From an uncultured Alphaproteobacteria bacterium (lineage in GTDB: Bacteria > Pseudomonadota > Alphaproteobacteria > Rs-D84): 64,000 nucleotides of DNA. Both the position numbers and the translations under genes were made by a program. The stretch is from NCBI GenBank assembly GCA_944389135.1, contig CALXLG010000005.1, forward strand, positions 1,532 through 65,531, in the 5' to 3' direction. The notes under the pieces are model-generated. The model did not search any database. It was not told where the DNA came from and saw only the letters and a list, made by a program, of their open reading frames with translations. Below, piece after piece: positions 9,501 to 20,646 of the stretch (position 1 is its first letter; each line of letters opens with the position of its first letter).

Positions 9501-10053
9501 ATTCTTTTAGTGCCGATAGTATTTTTGAAAAATTTTCGTTTAATTCTCCTTGAACATTTACAGCAGAATATTTTATATTTGGCACTGTTGATAGCCATTC
9601 TATAACTGGTAAAGTCGTGTTCCAAAATATATCTAATCTATGATTAATTGCTGTTATGCTGGCATCGTCCGCACGACCACCACCTTCGCGAATACGCTTT
9701 TGTATTCTTTGAATCATTATTTCTTTTGGTACTTCCAAATAAATTACATGTATGTTGAATTTATCAGCAAAAGAGTTTACTAACCATTTTGCTTGTTCAA
9801 GTGTACGTGGAAAACCGTCTAAGATTATATCTTTATCTGTATTAATTGCAGCTGCAACTATCTTAAGCAGGTTTTCGTTTGGAACCAAATCCCCGCGAGT
9901 TATTATTGCAGCGATATCTGCATCAGTTTTTGCCGCACTGCGCAACAATGCACCTGTTTCAATATGTTTGAAATCGTGCTTTTCGCATAACATACGGGCA
10001 AATGTACCTTTGCCTACACCCTGCCCGCCCATAAGAACAATCATTTCTTTCAT
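9499..10053 (-). CDS. adk: Adenylate kinase (short LID type)
   Basis: GGQGVGKGT P-loop, ILDGFPRTLEQA, GRADD. Confidence 0.9.
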   Translation of the reverse strand: MKEMIVLMGGQGVGKGTFARMLCEKHDFKHIETGALLRSAAKTDADIAAIITRGDLVPNENLLKIVAAAINTDKDIILDGFPRTLEQAKWLVNSFADKFNIHVIYLEVPKEIMIQRIQKRIREGGGRADDASITAINHRLDIFWNTTLPVIEWLSTVPNIKYSAVNVQGELNENFSKILSALKE

Positions 10054-10070
10054 GCAATTAATTATAACAT

Positions 10071-10102
10071 AAAAAAATCCCCAGACAACTATATCTGGGG
10101 AT
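10071..10102 (-). terminator. rpsA terminator
   Basis: atccccaga...tctggggat stem with U-tract on the minus strand. Confidence 0.7.
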
Positions 10103-10121
10103 AAAATAAGAATTTTTATTC

Positions 10122-11810
10122 TTATTTTTTGCTGTTTTCAATCGCAGCACCAAGAATATCACCTAATACAGAGCCACTGTCTGCCTGATTAGAATATTCT
10201 TTTACAGCCTGCTTTTCCAACGTTACTTGTAACGCACGGATAGACAATTTAACAGTGTTGTTATCTACTGATACAACAGATGCTTCAACTGTGTCACCAA
10301 CGTTGTATTTGCTGGTGTCTTGTTCCGCTTTTTCACGTGACAAGTCTGTACGGCGGATAACGCCTTTGATATTGTTTGGTAAATCCAAAATCAATTCGTC
10401 AGGTGTTATTTCGGATACTGTACCAGAAACAACCGCACCCTTCTTTATAGATGCTGCGTTATTATCCGCACCTTCGGTCAATTGCTTGATACCCAATGTG
10501 ATGCGTTCTTTTTCTGGATTGATATCCAATATTTTTGCTGTAACTTCTTGGCCACGAACGAACTTTTTCAGTTCTTCTTCGTCTAATTTGTTCCAAGACA
10601 AGTCAGATATGTGAACCATACCATCTAAGTCTGGTGTCAATGCAACGAATAAACCAAATTCAGTTGTATTTTTGATTGGTCCTGTAATAACATCACCAAC
10701 TTTGTGTGTTTCAGCAAATTCTTTCCATGGATTTGGTTGTAGTTGTTTATAACCCAAAGAAATACGACGTTTATCTTGGTCTATGCCCAATACAACAACG
10801 TTGATTTCTTGACCATTTTGCAGAACTTTGCTTGGGTGAATGTTTTTATTTGTCCAAGACAATTCAGACATGTGTACCAAGCCTTCAATGTTATTACCCA
10901 AATCAATGAAAGCACCGTAATCTGTCAAAGAAGATACTTTACCTGTTACGGTATCACCTACGTTAAATGCACGAGATGCATTTTCCCATGGGTCTTCTTC
11001 CAACTGTTTTGCGCCCAATGAAATACGATGAGATTCTGGGTCAAATTGGATAACTTTGACTTTGATTTTTTGACCAACGTGTACTAATTCACGTGGGTGA
11101 TTTACGCGTTTCCAAGACAAGTCTGTTACATGTAACAAACCATCAATTCCACCTAAATCAACAAATACACCGTAATCTGTGATGTTCTTTACTGTTCCTT
11201 CAATTACCGCACCCAGTTCAATGTTCTTCATTGCTTCTTTCTGTGCAGCAGCGATTGTATCAGCCTGAATAGCACGACGAGAAACAATTGCGTTTGTACG
11301 CAAAGCATCCATTTTTAATACACGGAACTTGTCTTTTAAACCAATCAAAGATTTTGCATCACGAACTGGTTTGTGGTCAACTTGTGAAGATGGCATAAAT
11401 GCAAATACGCCATTGATATCAACTGTATAACCACCGCGAACAACGTCGATAATTGTACCTTCTGGGTCAATACCTTCGGCAACTGTCTTTTCCAATTCTT
11501 TCCAAGCTTTTTCAGCACGGGCTTTTGTATAAGACAGAACTGCTGTCCCTTCGCGAGATTCATAGCGTTCTACAAATACATCAATGATGTCGCCAACTGA
11601 TGGTACGGACGCACCGAATTCTTTTAATGGAACGCGACCTTCTGATTTAAGACCAACGTCAACCATAGCGAAATCACCACGGATGTCTTTGACAGTACCT
11701 TTTGTTGCGTATCCTTGCAAAGTTTCTTGTTTGCCATAGTTTTGATCAAACATCTGGACAAAGTCTTCACCAGATACAGGATTAAATAAATCTTTGGATA
11801 AATCTTTCAT
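10122..11810 (-). CDS. rpsA: 30S ribosomal protein S1
   Basis: Six S1 domains (YGVFVDLGGIDGLLHVTDLSW etc.); ATG at 11810 preferred over TTG at 11828. Confidence 0.95.
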   Translation of the reverse strand: MKDLSKDLFNPVSGEDFVQMFDQNYGKQETLQGYATKGTVKDIRGDFAMVDVGLKSEGRVPLKEFGASVPSVGDIIDVFVERYESREGTAVLSYTKARAEKAWKELEKTVAEGIDPEGTIIDVVRGGYTVDINGVFAFMPSSQVDHKPVRDAKSLIGLKDKFRVLKMDALRTNAIVSRRAIQADTIAAAQKEAMKNIELGAVIEGTVKNITDYGVFVDLGGIDGLLHVTDLSWKRVNHPRELVHVGQKIKVKVIQFDPESHRISLGAKQLEEDPWENASRAFNVGDTVTGKVSSLTDYGAFIDLGNNIEGLVHMSELSWTNKNIHPSKVLQNGQEINVVVLGIDQDKRRISLGYKQLQPNPWKEFAETHKVGDVITGPIKNTTEFGLFVALTPDLDGMVHISDLSWNKLDEEELKKFVRGQEVTAKILDINPEKERITLGIKQLTEGADNNAASIKKGAVVSGTVSEITPDELILDLPNNIKGVIRRTDLSREKAEQDTSKYNVGDTVEASVVSVDNNTVKLSIRALQVTLEKQAVKEYSNQADSGSVLGDILGAAIENSKK

Positions 11811-11975
11811 AATAGAAATTTCATACAAAGCTTGCCATCGCCAATTATTTTATTTAGAAACAGCGAGGTCTTGTGGGGTTAATCGGATTGATAATGCGCC
11901 CACCCGCAAAATCGCAGTGATTATAAAGCATTATTTAGAAAAAAGCAAGATTTGTTTTGTACTTTATTAATGTTA

Positions 11976-12003
11976 AAATAAAACCGCTTTCGCGGTTTTA
12001 TTT
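11976..12003. terminator. Intrinsic terminator
   Basis: aaataaaaccgc-tttc-gcggttttattt. Confidence 0.8.
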
Positions 12004-12487
12004 ATCTTACTTTTTGTGCAGATTTTATTATTTGCATAACTATATTTTTCGGCACTGTTTGAATTGCATCTGCTGGAATACCAGAAGCGCTAGAATTATG
12101 ATATACTTTCAGAACTTCTGAATAATATATTTTCTCTGGATTTATTATATTACCTGCAGAATCTATTATTGAGTGCAGTTTGTCTTGTTCAAAAGACCAA
12201 GATAAATCCATAACCAACCCCGGGTTAACCCCGTTAATAGGTAATACAATTCTATCAGGTGTGAATGGCAGTGAATATTTTTTATGGATTTTAATATATT
12301 CTGGCAGTTCTTTGAAATTACGTTCCATAGATGGTTTATATTCATGTATTTTGCCTGATAAAACATAATCTTGTGCCGCCAAAGAAGTTCGCTTGATAAG
12401 TTCTTCGTGGCTTTTGTAATAATTTGGGCTTATTTTTTGCAAGCATATTGTGCGTAGTTTAAATATTGGTGCTAATTTTGTTTCCAT
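12002..12487 (-). CDS. Hypothetical protein (orphan, basic C-terminus AQKVR)
   Basis: 161-aa ORF with SD aggag and its own terminator. Confidence 0.7.
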   Translation of the reverse strand: METKLAPIFKLRTICLQKISPNYYKSHEELIKRTSLAAQDYVLSGKIHEYKPSMERNFKELPEYIKIHKKYSLPFTPDRIVLPINGVNPGLVMDLSWSFEQDKLHSIIDSAGNIINPEKIYYSEVLKVYHNSSASGIPADAIQTVPKNIVMQIIKSAQKVR

Positions 12488-12516
12488 TTTGATACTCCTG
12501 TGGAATTTTTTACAAG

Positions 12517-12544
12517 ATAAAAACGCCCTGTTGGGCGTTTTTAT
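12517..12544 (-). terminator. tig terminator
   Basis: ataaaaacgccc-tgtt-gggcgtttttat. Confidence 0.8.
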
Positions 12545-13854
12545 TAACGTACATCGGCTTGTTTGAATAATTCTTCTGGCTTTACCGATTTTTCTTTTGT
12601 TTTTACATGGCTTAACATTGCGTCTAATGCCTTGCGTTCGAATATCATACCACGCAACATCGCCAAAGCATTTTGGTTCTTGTTATAGAATTCAAATACT
12701 TGCTTTGGGTCTGGATAACGGGATGCTTCTGCCCAAACAGCTTGTTGTAAGTCATCACGAGATACTTCAACCTTGTTTTGTGTTCCCCATTCTGCAAGTA
12801 TTAAACCAAGTTTAACACGACGTTCCGCTTCTTTGCGTTCTTTCTTTTCATCCCATTTATGACCTTCGTCACAATCTTTGTCGCAATTTGCATGTTGACG
12901 GTCGTGTTCTTGCTTTGCCATATTGTATTCTTGTTCAACCAATGTTTCTGGTAAATCCAATTTTACCTTGTCAGCAAGAATGTCTAACAATTCATTGCGC
13001 ATTTCACGTTTTGCAGCTTCTTCATATTGTTCATTTATAATTTTACGAATATGTTCACGTAAAGCTTCAACGCTTTCTTGCCCGACTGTCTTTGCTAGTT
13101 CATCGTTTAATTCAGGTAATACATGCTTGCGAACTTCATGAACTTTTACCGCAAAACGAGCGTCTTTCCCAGCCAAGTTTTCTGCATGATAATCTTTTGG
13201 GAACTTTACGTTTACATCAAATTCATCGCCAGATTTATGACCGATAATTTGATCTTCAAAGCCAGGTATAAAAGCGCCAGAACCCAAAATTAAGTGATGC
13301 TTTTCTGCAGCGCCACCTTCAAAAGCTTCATCCCCTAGGAAACCTTTGAAATCAATAACTGCTGTATCACCATTTTGTGCAACATAGTCTTCGCCCTGCT
13401 TTTCCGCAACGCTACGACCTTTACGTATGTTTTCTAAAGCTTTTTCAACTTCTGCTTCATCTAACTTAGTTGTCTTTTTCACAACTGTAAACTTTTCAAG
13501 GTCTATTTCAGGTAAAGTCGGTAAAATATCAAATTCTAAGGAATATTCTGCGTCTTTACCAATTTCCCAACCCGCTAAATCTGCTTTGGGCGCCCCAGCT
13601 AGACGAATTTTCTTTTCGGTAATAAAGTCATTTAAGTCTTTGTTCATAATTTTATCGATTGCTTCGCCGTATGCTGACGCATTATATTTTTGACGCAAAA
13701 CAGATAGTGGAATATGCCCCGGGCGAAAACCTGGCATTTTTACCTTTTTCCCATATTCTGTTAAAATTTCGTCGGCAACGGATTGTAATTCTGCTGCTGG
13801 TATTACGCCGTTTACAGAGTAATGTAAATCTTTGATTTTTTCTTTTTTAAACAT
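12544..13854 (-). CDS. tig: Trigger factor
   Basis: PGFRPG ribosome-binding motif; FKBP domain FEGG...FIPGFEDQ. Confidence 0.95.
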   Translation of the reverse strand: MFKKEKIKDLHYSVNGVIPAAELQSVADEILTEYGKKVKMPGFRPGHIPLSVLRQKYNASAYGEAIDKIMNKDLNDFITEKKIRLAGAPKADLAGWEIGKDAEYSLEFDILPTLPEIDLEKFTVVKKTTKLDEAEVEKALENIRKGRSVAEKQGEDYVAQNGDTAVIDFKGFLGDEAFEGGAAEKHHLILGSGAFIPGFEDQIIGHKSGDEFDVNVKFPKDYHAENLAGKDARFAVKVHEVRKHVLPELNDELAKTVGQESVEALREHIRKIINEQYEEAAKREMRNELLDILADKVKLDLPETLVEQEYNMAKQEHDRQHANCDKDCDEGHKWDEKKERKEAERRVKLGLILAEWGTQNKVEVSRDDLQQAVWAEASRYPDPKQVFEFYNKNQNALAMLRGMIFERKALDAMLSHVKTKEKSVKPEELFKQADVR

Positions 13855-13947
13855 TTGTTTTCCCCTAAAAAAGTATGAATTGCTGTATGATTATACACAG
13901 ATTTTTTATAAACGCAATACAAACTTGAATAAGTTTTTATGCATAAG

Positions 13948-13975
13948 AAAAAATCCGCACAAAGGCGGATTTTTT
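13948..13975 (-). terminator. rplM-rpsI terminator
   Basis: aaaaaatccgc-acaaag-gcggatttttt. Confidence 0.8.
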
Positions 13976-13990
13976 AAGCTTTGTAAACAA

Positions 13991-14482
13991 TTAACGTTTA
14001 CTAAACTGTGTTGAACGACGTGCTTTGTGATGACCAAAGTGCTTACGTTCTACAACACGACTATCACGAGTTAAGAACCCTGCGGCCTTCAAAGCTTTAC
14101 GTAGTTCTGGTTCTGCCTTTTCAAGTGCTTTTGAAATACCGTGTTTAACAGCACCTGCTTGACCAGACAAACCACCACCCATAACAATTGCGTGTACATC
14201 ATATGCACCTTCGCGTTTTGTAACACCAAAAGGTTGCGCAATTATCATTTGTAATACTGGACGACGGAAATATTCATTTACAGGAATACCGTTTATAACA
14301 ACTTCACCCTTACCCGCGATTAAATATACGCGTGCAACAGAATCTTTACGTTTACCAGTTGCGTAAGTCGCGTTAGATAATTTTACTTCTTTTGCAACAG
14401 TCTTTTTTGCAGCGGCTTTTGCAGGGGCTGCTTTTTTAGTTGTTTTTACTGCTTTTGTTGCAGTCTTTTTTGCTTCTGTCAT
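13991..14482 (-). CDS. rpsI: 30S ribosomal protein S9
   Basis: [17 protein letters not shown]-terminal QFSKR. Confidence 0.97.
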   Translation of the reverse strand: MTEAKKTATKAVKTTKKAAPAKAAAKKTVAKEVKLSNATYATGKRKDSVARVYLIAGKGEVVINGIPVNEYFRRPVLQMIIAQPFGVTKREGAYDVHAIVMGGGLSGQAGAVKHGISKALEKAEPELRKALKAAGFLTRDSRVVERKHFGHHKARRSTQFSKR

Positions 14483-14955
14483 TATTCGCCCCTTTTGTTT
14501 TTACGATTTAAACCAGCAAAATCAATAACAATTGGTTTTTGTGCTTCGTGCTTGTGTTCTGCACCCGCATATACGTGAAGTTTTGTCAAACGTTGATTTG
14601 CCAAAGCAACTGCTGTACGACGCCCCATCATACGTTTAACCGCGTTGAAAACCAATTTTTCTGGTTTTTCTTCACGCATTTGGCCCAATGTACGTTCTTT
14701 TGTGCTGCCTGTCCATAAAGAATGCCAAAAGAATTTTGTTTTATCTGCTTTTTTACCAGACAAAGCAACTTTATCAGCATTGATGATAATTACATGGTCG
14801 CCACAATCCATATTTGGTGTCCATGTAGGTTTGTTTTTACCACGCAAGATGTTTGCAGTAAATGCTGCCAAACGACCCAACGTGCAATCTGTTGCGTCAA
14901 TCAGATACCATTTGGCTTCTAATTCGCATTTTTTTAACGATTTTGTCGCTGCCAT
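14482..14955 (-). CDS. rplM: 50S ribosomal protein L13
   Basis: [26 protein letters not shown]. Confidence 0.97.
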   Translation of the reverse strand: MAATKSLKKCELEAKWYLIDATDCTLGRLAAFTANILRGKNKPTWTPNMDCGDHVIIINADKVALSGKKADKTKFFWHSLWTGSTKERTLGQMREEKPEKLVFNAVKRMMGRRTAVALANQRLTKLHVYAGAEHKHEAQKPIVIDFAGLNRKNKRGE

Positions 14956-15045
14956 TTTTATTCCTTTTTAATTTTTTAGCGGGACTATTATGCCCCGCCG
15001 TACCAGAAAAGTCAAGAAAAATCAGTACGGTATTATAATACCTTA

Positions 15046-16326
15046 TTAGATAGGTAGTACAATTCTTACTTTTAAACCACCCAAGTCGCTGTTTTCTAAG
15101 AACATTTGACCACCATGATTTTCTATAGCCGTCCGGGCAATTGATAAGCCCAGCCCAGTGCCACCTGTTTGCTCGCCACGGGATTCATCAAGTCTAACGA
15201 ATGGGCGTAATGCGTCGTTCTTTTTATCATCTGGAATGCCTGGTCCGTCATCTTCTATTATGATTTCTACCTGTTCGTTCAAGTCTTTTTCTGTTATTTT
15301 TATTGTGCTTTTTGCGTATCTGGCAGCATTTTCAATTATGTTACCAAACGCACGTGCCAGTGCCATTGGACGCGCATAAAATTGAACAGGTTCTTCGGGG
15401 AAATCTGTTTCAATATTTTTTGTTGGTGCTGCATCACGTGCAATACGCAATAACATTGCTGGTAGTTCGGTTGTTTGCTCTATTTCTGGCATTTCACCAC
15501 GTGCAAACGCTAGATAACCATTTACCATCTCGGTCATTCTATCAATATCATGCAACAGGTCGTCTTTTGAAGCAGAACCGGTTTCCACAGCTAAACGCAT
15601 ACGTGTAAGTGGTGATTTTAAATCGTGGCTGACCGCATTTAACATATCTGTTCTTGTTCTATTATAGCGATTTAGCCGTTCTTTCATTGTAATCATAGCT
15701 GTTGCCGCTTCTCGGATTTCTTTGGAACCTGTTGGTTGGAACCCTGGGGCATCTAAGCCGCGACCAAATCGTCCAGCAGCCTTCGCTATTCTGCGAATAC
15801 TGCGCGTGTGTATTATTATAAATGGCGTTATTAATATTGATACAATTAATATTGAACCTATTAACCAGATTATAAACACTTCTGTGCTTGTTGAATAAAT
15901 TCTGTATAAAGATGTCCCAAAAGTCGCAATTTTTCCGTCGTTTGTTGGCACGTCAATAAATACAAGTCTTTTGCCTTTGTCTATGTATATTTGTGCAGGT
16001 CTTTTTAAGCGGTTTGATAATTCGGATGCTAGCAATCCTGCTTCACGAGACTCGTTATCATTATTTTTCGGTCTGTTTAGTTTTTGGTTTATGGACACAT
16101 TTATACCGATGTCGCGAGCCATTGATTGCACAGCACTTTTTTCGCCATTGTCCATCAAGTTCATCATAGTGACGATTTCACCAGAAAGACTGCGGGCAAG
16201 TGTTGCATGAACGCGCGCCCAGTGATTGCCAAAGAAAACGTTCGCAATTATAACCTGCGCGATGATTAGCGGAATAAGAATCATTAATATTGTGCGCCAT
16301 AAAAAGCTGCGTGGTACAAGTCTCAT
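15046..16326 (-). CDS. EnvZ-like sensor histidine kinase
   Basis: Two TM helices, HAMP, H-box SHDLKSPLTR, N/G1/F/G2 boxes. Confidence 0.92.
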   Translation of the reverse strand: MRLVPRSFLWRTILMILIPLIIAQVIIANVFFGNHWARVHATLARSLSGEIVTMMNLMDNGEKSAVQSMARDIGINVSINQKLNRPKNNDNESREAGLLASELSNRLKRPAQIYIDKGKRLVFIDVPTNDGKIATFGTSLYRIYSTSTEVFIIWLIGSILIVSILITPFIIIHTRSIRRIAKAAGRFGRGLDAPGFQPTGSKEIREAATAMITMKERLNRYNRTRTDMLNAVSHDLKSPLTRMRLAVETGSASKDDLLHDIDRMTEMVNGYLAFARGEMPEIEQTTELPAMLLRIARDAAPTKNIETDFPEEPVQFYARPMALARAFGNIIENAARYAKSTIKITEKDLNEQVEIIIEDDGPGIPDDKKNDALRPFVRLDESRGEQTGGTGLGLSIARTAIENHGGQMFLENSDLGGLKVRIVLPI

Positions 16327-16985
16327 TTTTGACCCTCGTCTATGTTTGTATCAGCGGGTTGTGTTTCTATCAATTTATAACCGCGCCCCCTGACTGTGAT
16401 TATATCTATGTTTGATAATACAATATTTATTTTATTGCGCAAGCGTTTTGCAACCATTGGTGCCGCACTGGAAATGTTCCCTACAGGACTTATTAGCGCA
16501 AGCAATAATTTCTTTTCTTCACCAGACAGCGCTAAAACCTTGGCATCGTTGTTTTTATCTGTTAAGAAAAACTCATCATCAATAAAAGTCAACCCTTTTG
16601 GCAGTTGGCTGTTAGTAATTGGTTGCTTTTTTATAATGTTGTTCAGACGTAATACAAGTTCCTTTAATTGAAAAGGTTTGGCAAGATAGTCATCTGCACC
16701 GTTTGATAGACCATCTATCGTGTTTTCCGGCCCTGTCATAGCTGTTAACATTATTACAGGGGTGTTATTTCCGTTCTGGCGCATCTTTTTCAAAAAACTT
16801 AGTCCATCTTGTCCTGTCATCATTCTATCTAGGACTATGGCATCAACTTTTATCTTGTCTAATATTTCTTGGCCTGTTTCTGCCGAATTTGCAGTTAATA
16901 CATAAAAATTTTCGTTTCTAAGCCCGTGCGCTAGCGTCTTGCGCAAAATGTCATCATCGTCAATAATTAAAATTGTTTTGTTCAT
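16323..16985 (-). CDS. OmpR-family response regulator
   Basis: Receiver domain (DDDD, VLDRMM, GADDYLAKPF); C-terminal ITVRGRGY. Confidence 0.9.
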   Translation of the reverse strand: MNKTILIIDDDDILRKTLAHGLRNENFYVLTANSAETGQEILDKIKVDAIVLDRMMTGQDGLSFLKKMRQNGNNTPVIMLTAMTGPENTIDGLSNGADDYLAKPFQLKELVLRLNNIIKKQPITNSQLPKGLTFIDDEFFLTDKNNDAKVLALSGEEKKLLLALISPVGNISSAAPMVAKRLRNKINIVLSNIDIITVRGRGYKLIETQPADTNIDEGQK

Positions 16986-17026
16986 ATCAAATTAAAAACT
17001 TTATGCAATATGAACCACGTATAAAT

Positions 17027-17953
17027 TTATTTTGTTAGTGGTCCAACTGCATATTCACCTGGTTGAATAGTACGCATTGCATTGTTTGGGCCCTGCATAT
17101 CTTCTTCTATATCAATTGCCGCACGGAATTGCATACCACCAGTTGTAAATTCTGTTTTAAATAAAGCATATCCTGTACCACCACCAGTCGTTGGACCTTG
17201 CATACCCAGTGAATAATAACCACCCAAAATTCCATAATCTAAATCAATGTAATCAATGCTTACTAATAATGAAACATTACTCATTCCATCACTGGTCATA
17301 TTGCATGTGAATTCGCGGTTAGAAAGTGTCGCTTGGGAATTAATGGGAACCATTATATCCATAACTGTTGGTTCACATTGTCTGTCAATGCCGTTAACTA
17401 AAAATTCATAAGTCATTCCAACGGTTGCTTTGGAAAGTCCTGTTGAAACATTTACTTGTGATATTGTTGCCTTTGGTATCTTTACCAACGCATTTGCAAT
17501 TCCACTGCGTACAGGAAAAGATATCCCTGATTGTAAACAATCACGAGAAAATGGGTCCGCTTCACAAATATATAAACGAGAATGCGCATTCATCATAAAC
17601 ATGTTTGCCAGACTGTTAAATAAGAACGTTCTGGTAATTCTGTCGTTTAGACGTGTGCAACCAAAATTTCTGCATATTATCATTGGTCTGTCTGCAAACA
17701 TTACGCCAGGATGCAAAGCGACCTCTTGTTCACGAGCTGCGATTATATTTTGATCATAATCAATACTGTCTGCCCGTTCCATAAATTCTGTTTCCGGAAT
17801 GAAATTAGGGTCGTCTGGATATGCATAATAAGATTGAACAGGTGTTTCTGTGTATATAGTCTGAAAGTTATCATATACGATGTTTTCTGTTGCAGCAATG
17901 GCGCTTGTTGCCAAAAAAATTGAAAAAATTGCCATAAAAATTGGTCTTGCCAT
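17027..17953 (-). CDS. Exported hypothetical protein
   Basis: 308-aa ORF; signal peptide; three apparent Cys pairs. Confidence 0.8.
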   Translation of the reverse strand: MARPIFMAIFSIFLATSAIAATENIVYDNFQTIYTETPVQSYYAYPDDPNFIPETEFMERADSIDYDQNIIAAREQEVALHPGVMFADRPMIICRNFGCTRLNDRITRTFLFNSLANMFMMNAHSRLYICEADPFSRDCLQSGISFPVRSGIANALVKIPKATISQVNVSTGLSKATVGMTYEFLVNGIDRQCEPTVMDIMVPINSQATLSNREFTCNMTSDGMSNVSLLVSIDYIDLDYGILGGYYSLGMQGPTTGGGTGYALFKTEFTTGGMQFRAAIDIEEDMQGPNNAMRTIQPGEYAVGPLTK

Positions 17954-18090
17954 ATCGAACCTTTTTTTCTCTCTGTTAAATCTTAGAACATTCTGCGCCC
18001 CCCTGTCAAAGCAAAAATATTTTTATTGAAAAATGTATTCAGTTTGTTCTATAAAGTAAAAGACGATAAAAATACAAGGATGGTGAATAA

Positions 18091-18750
18091 ATGGTTGATA
18101 TAGTAATTGCTGGTGAAGCTGGTAAACTGCATGCGGTTTATCATAAGTCTGCAATGCCTGCAGCGCCCTTGGCGGTTGTGTTGTCTGGGAACCCAAGACA
18201 AAAATATCATATGAATGATAGAGTTTCTTATGCTATGTTTCGGGCATTTATGGATATTGGTTTTTCTGTTTTACGCTTTAACTATCGTGGTGTTGATGAT
18301 TCAGAAGGTGCAATTGGAACCACGTCTGAAAATATGCTGGATATTGCAACTGTTATAGATTGGATTCAAAATAAAAACGAAGATAGTGATAAAATATGGT
18401 TGGCGGGCAATCAGCTGGGGGCATGGTACGTATTGCAGGTTATGATGCGCAGACCAGAGGTGTCTGGATTCGCTCTGGTATCCCCTGACCCGTCTATTTC
18501 GGACTTTTCTTTCTTATCACCACGTCCAAATCGTGGCTTGTTGTTGCAAGGTGCAGCAGAATCTGATGATGCAAAAGCTTTTGCAACACATTTAACGCAG
18601 ATACTTAAAAAGCAAGCACAGATAGATTTAGAAACTATACGCGTAAAAAATGCAGACCAAAGTTATGCACAACCTGCTGATTTGCGTCAAATGTATAACG
18701 ATTTAAAAGCGTATGTTGGGCGCGAGAATGCGGAAAACAAGCTATTATAA
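18091..18750 (+). CDS. Alpha/beta hydrolase fold protein, probably inactive
   Basis: GFSVLRFNYRGV, MMRRPEV; nucleophile elbow reads GNQLG. Confidence 0.8.
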   Translation: MVDIVIAGEAGKLHAVYHKSAMPAAPLAVVLSGNPRQKYHMNDRVSYAMFRAFMDIGFSVLRFNYRGVDDSEGAIGTTSENMLDIATVIDWIQNKNEDSDKIWLAGNQLGAWYVLQVMMRRPEVSGFALVSPDPSISDFSFLSPRPNRGLLLQGAAESDDAKAFATHLTQILKKQAQIDLETIRVKNADQSYAQPADLRQMYNDLKAYVGRENAENKLL

Positions 18751-18759
18751 GGTATAAAA

Positions 18760-19749
18760 TTGCAAACAAACGATAGATTTTTAAATCCAAATATACCAGA
18801 TGAAATGGCGGCTTCTATCAGACCGCATGTATTGTCTGATTTTATAGGACATGACAGTTTGAAACAGAATTTATCTGTGTTTATATCTGGTGCGAAAGCT
18901 CGTGGCGAGGCAATGGACCATGTGCTTTTATATGGTCCCCCAGGGCTTGGCAAAACAACCTTGGCGCATATTGTGGCCAATGAATTGGGAACGAATTTTA
19001 GGGCAACTTCTGCCCCTATGCTTACGAAACAAGGCGATTTGGCTGCTATTTTAACTTCTCTAGAGCCAATGGATGTCTTGTTCATTGATGAAATACACAG
19101 ATTGCCAACTGCAATAGAAGAAGTTCTTTATTCAGCAATGGAAGACTTTAAGCTTGATATTATGCTTGGTGAAGGCCCCAGTGCAAAAAGCGTAAGAATT
19201 GACCTGCCCCCGTTTACACTGGTTGGTGCAACAACACGTACTGGTTTGTTGTCTAATCCGTTGCGTGATAGGTTTGGAATAGACTTAAGGTTGTCTTTTT
19301 ATTCACCAAAAGATTTGGCAAAAATAATAATGCGTAGCGCAAATATTTTAGGTACGCCGATTGATGAAGTTGGCGCAGAAATGTTAGCGCAAAGTGCACG
19401 CGGAACGCCACGTATAGCAAATAGATTATTAAAGCGTGCGCGTGATTTTGCAGCGGCATTAGGCAAAGAAACTATTTCATCGGATACAATAAAGACTACC
19501 CTGTATCAATTACATATAGACGGCTGTGGGTTGGATGAAATAGATCGTGAATATATGAATACAATTGTACGGCATTATGCTGGTGGACCTGTCGGAATAG
19601 AAAACTTAGCAGCGGCTTTGTCGGAACCGGCGGATACCATAGAAGATGTGATAGAACCCTATCTTATGCAACTTGGGTTTATTCAGCGTACACCACGTGG
19701 AAGAATAATAACTGATGCAGGTTATGCTCATTTAGGTTTACAAAAATGA
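18760..19749 (+). CDS. ruvB: Holliday junction helicase RuvB
   Basis: [30 protein letters not shown]. Confidence 0.97.
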   Translation: MQTNDRFLNPNIPDEMAASIRPHVLSDFIGHDSLKQNLSVFISGAKARGEAMDHVLLYGPPGLGKTTLAHIVANELGTNFRATSAPMLTKQGDLAAILTSLEPMDVLFIDEIHRLPTAIEEVLYSAMEDFKLDIMLGEGPSAKSVRIDLPPFTLVGATTRTGLLSNPLRDRFGIDLRLSFYSPKDLAKIIMRSANILGTPIDEVGAEMLAQSARGTPRIANRLLKRARDFAAALGKETISSDTIKTTLYQLHIDGCGLDEIDREYMNTIVRHYAGGPVGIENLAAALSEPADTIEDVIEPYLMQLGFIQRTPRGRIITDAGYAHLGLQK

Positions 19750-20120
19750 AAATTCATAAATTTCCTTTTTCTGTCGCGTATGCAGATACAGATGCTGGTG
19801 GTATTGTGTATCATGGACGTTATATCGAGTTTGCAGAGCGTGCGCGTATGCAATGGTTGCATGGCATAAAGTTGCTTGACGGCGATATTGGTTTTGTTGT
19901 GCGTGAATTAAACATTAAATATCTTCGTCCTTTAAGATTGGGCGATGATTTTATTGTAGAAAGCAGAATAACTAAAGTCGGAGCCGCTTCTTTGTCTGTA
20001 GAACAAAAAATTGTGAAAGATGAAGAAATTTGTGCTATACTTTATGCGACTGCAGCGTATATTGGGGCAAATTTACGCCCTAAGCGCATACCAGATTTTA
20101 TAGTTTCAAAAATAAGTTAA
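19746..20120 (+). CDS. ybgC: Tol-Pal-associated acyl-CoA thioesterase
   Basis: [10 protein letters not shown] motif; position between ruvB and tolQ. Confidence 0.88.
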   Translation: MKIHKFPFSVAYADTDAGGIVYHGRYIEFAERARMQWLHGIKLLDGDIGFVVRELNIKYLRPLRLGDDFIVESRITKVGAASLSVEQKIVKDEEICAILYATAAYIGANLRPKRIPDFIVSKIS

Positions 20121-20138
20121 AAATAAAAGGTGTAAAAA

Positions 20139-20630
20139 ATGGGAAATACGTTTTCTTTGGCAACGTTATTTACTGGGGACGTTATGACTTTGTTCATATC
20201 CTTGGTTTTGGTGTTTGGCAGTGTTATGTCTTGGGCGATAATAATTGAGAAAATTCGTCTGTGGCGTTTTCAAAAAAGAAACCCTGTAAAAATAAAAAAT
20301 GGGGATAATTTGTCTGTCATAGCAGACAAGTTAATAAAGCCTTTTGATAGAAATTTGTGGTTCTTGTCAATGGTTTCTTATGTTGCGCCTTTTATTGGGT
20401 TGTTTGGAACAATATGGGGGGTTATGGATTCTTTTGCGTCTATTGGTGTAAATCAATCGGTTAGCATTGGTGTTATTGCGCCAGGCTTGGCAACTGCTTT
20501 GGGTACGACTGCTTTGGGCTTGATTGCTGCAGTACCTGCTGCAATTGCATATCAGTATTTTATTAAAAAAGCCGATGATTTATATGATAGTCTGACGGAA
20601 ACATGTAAAGAACTGAAGTGTAAAAAATAA
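20139..20630 (+). CDS. tolQ: TolQ/ExbB proton channel (short form)
   Basis: APFIGLFGTIWG, IAPGLATALGTTALGL. Confidence 0.88.
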   Translation: MGNTFSLATLFTGDVMTLFISLVLVFGSVMSWAIIIEKIRLWRFQKRNPVKIKNGDNLSVIADKLIKPFDRNLWFLSMVSYVAPFIGLFGTIWGVMDSFASIGVNQSVSIGVIAPGLATALGTTALGLIAAVPAAIAYQYFIKKADDLYDSLTETCKELKCKK

Positions 20631-20646
20631 TTAAAGGAACGATATT

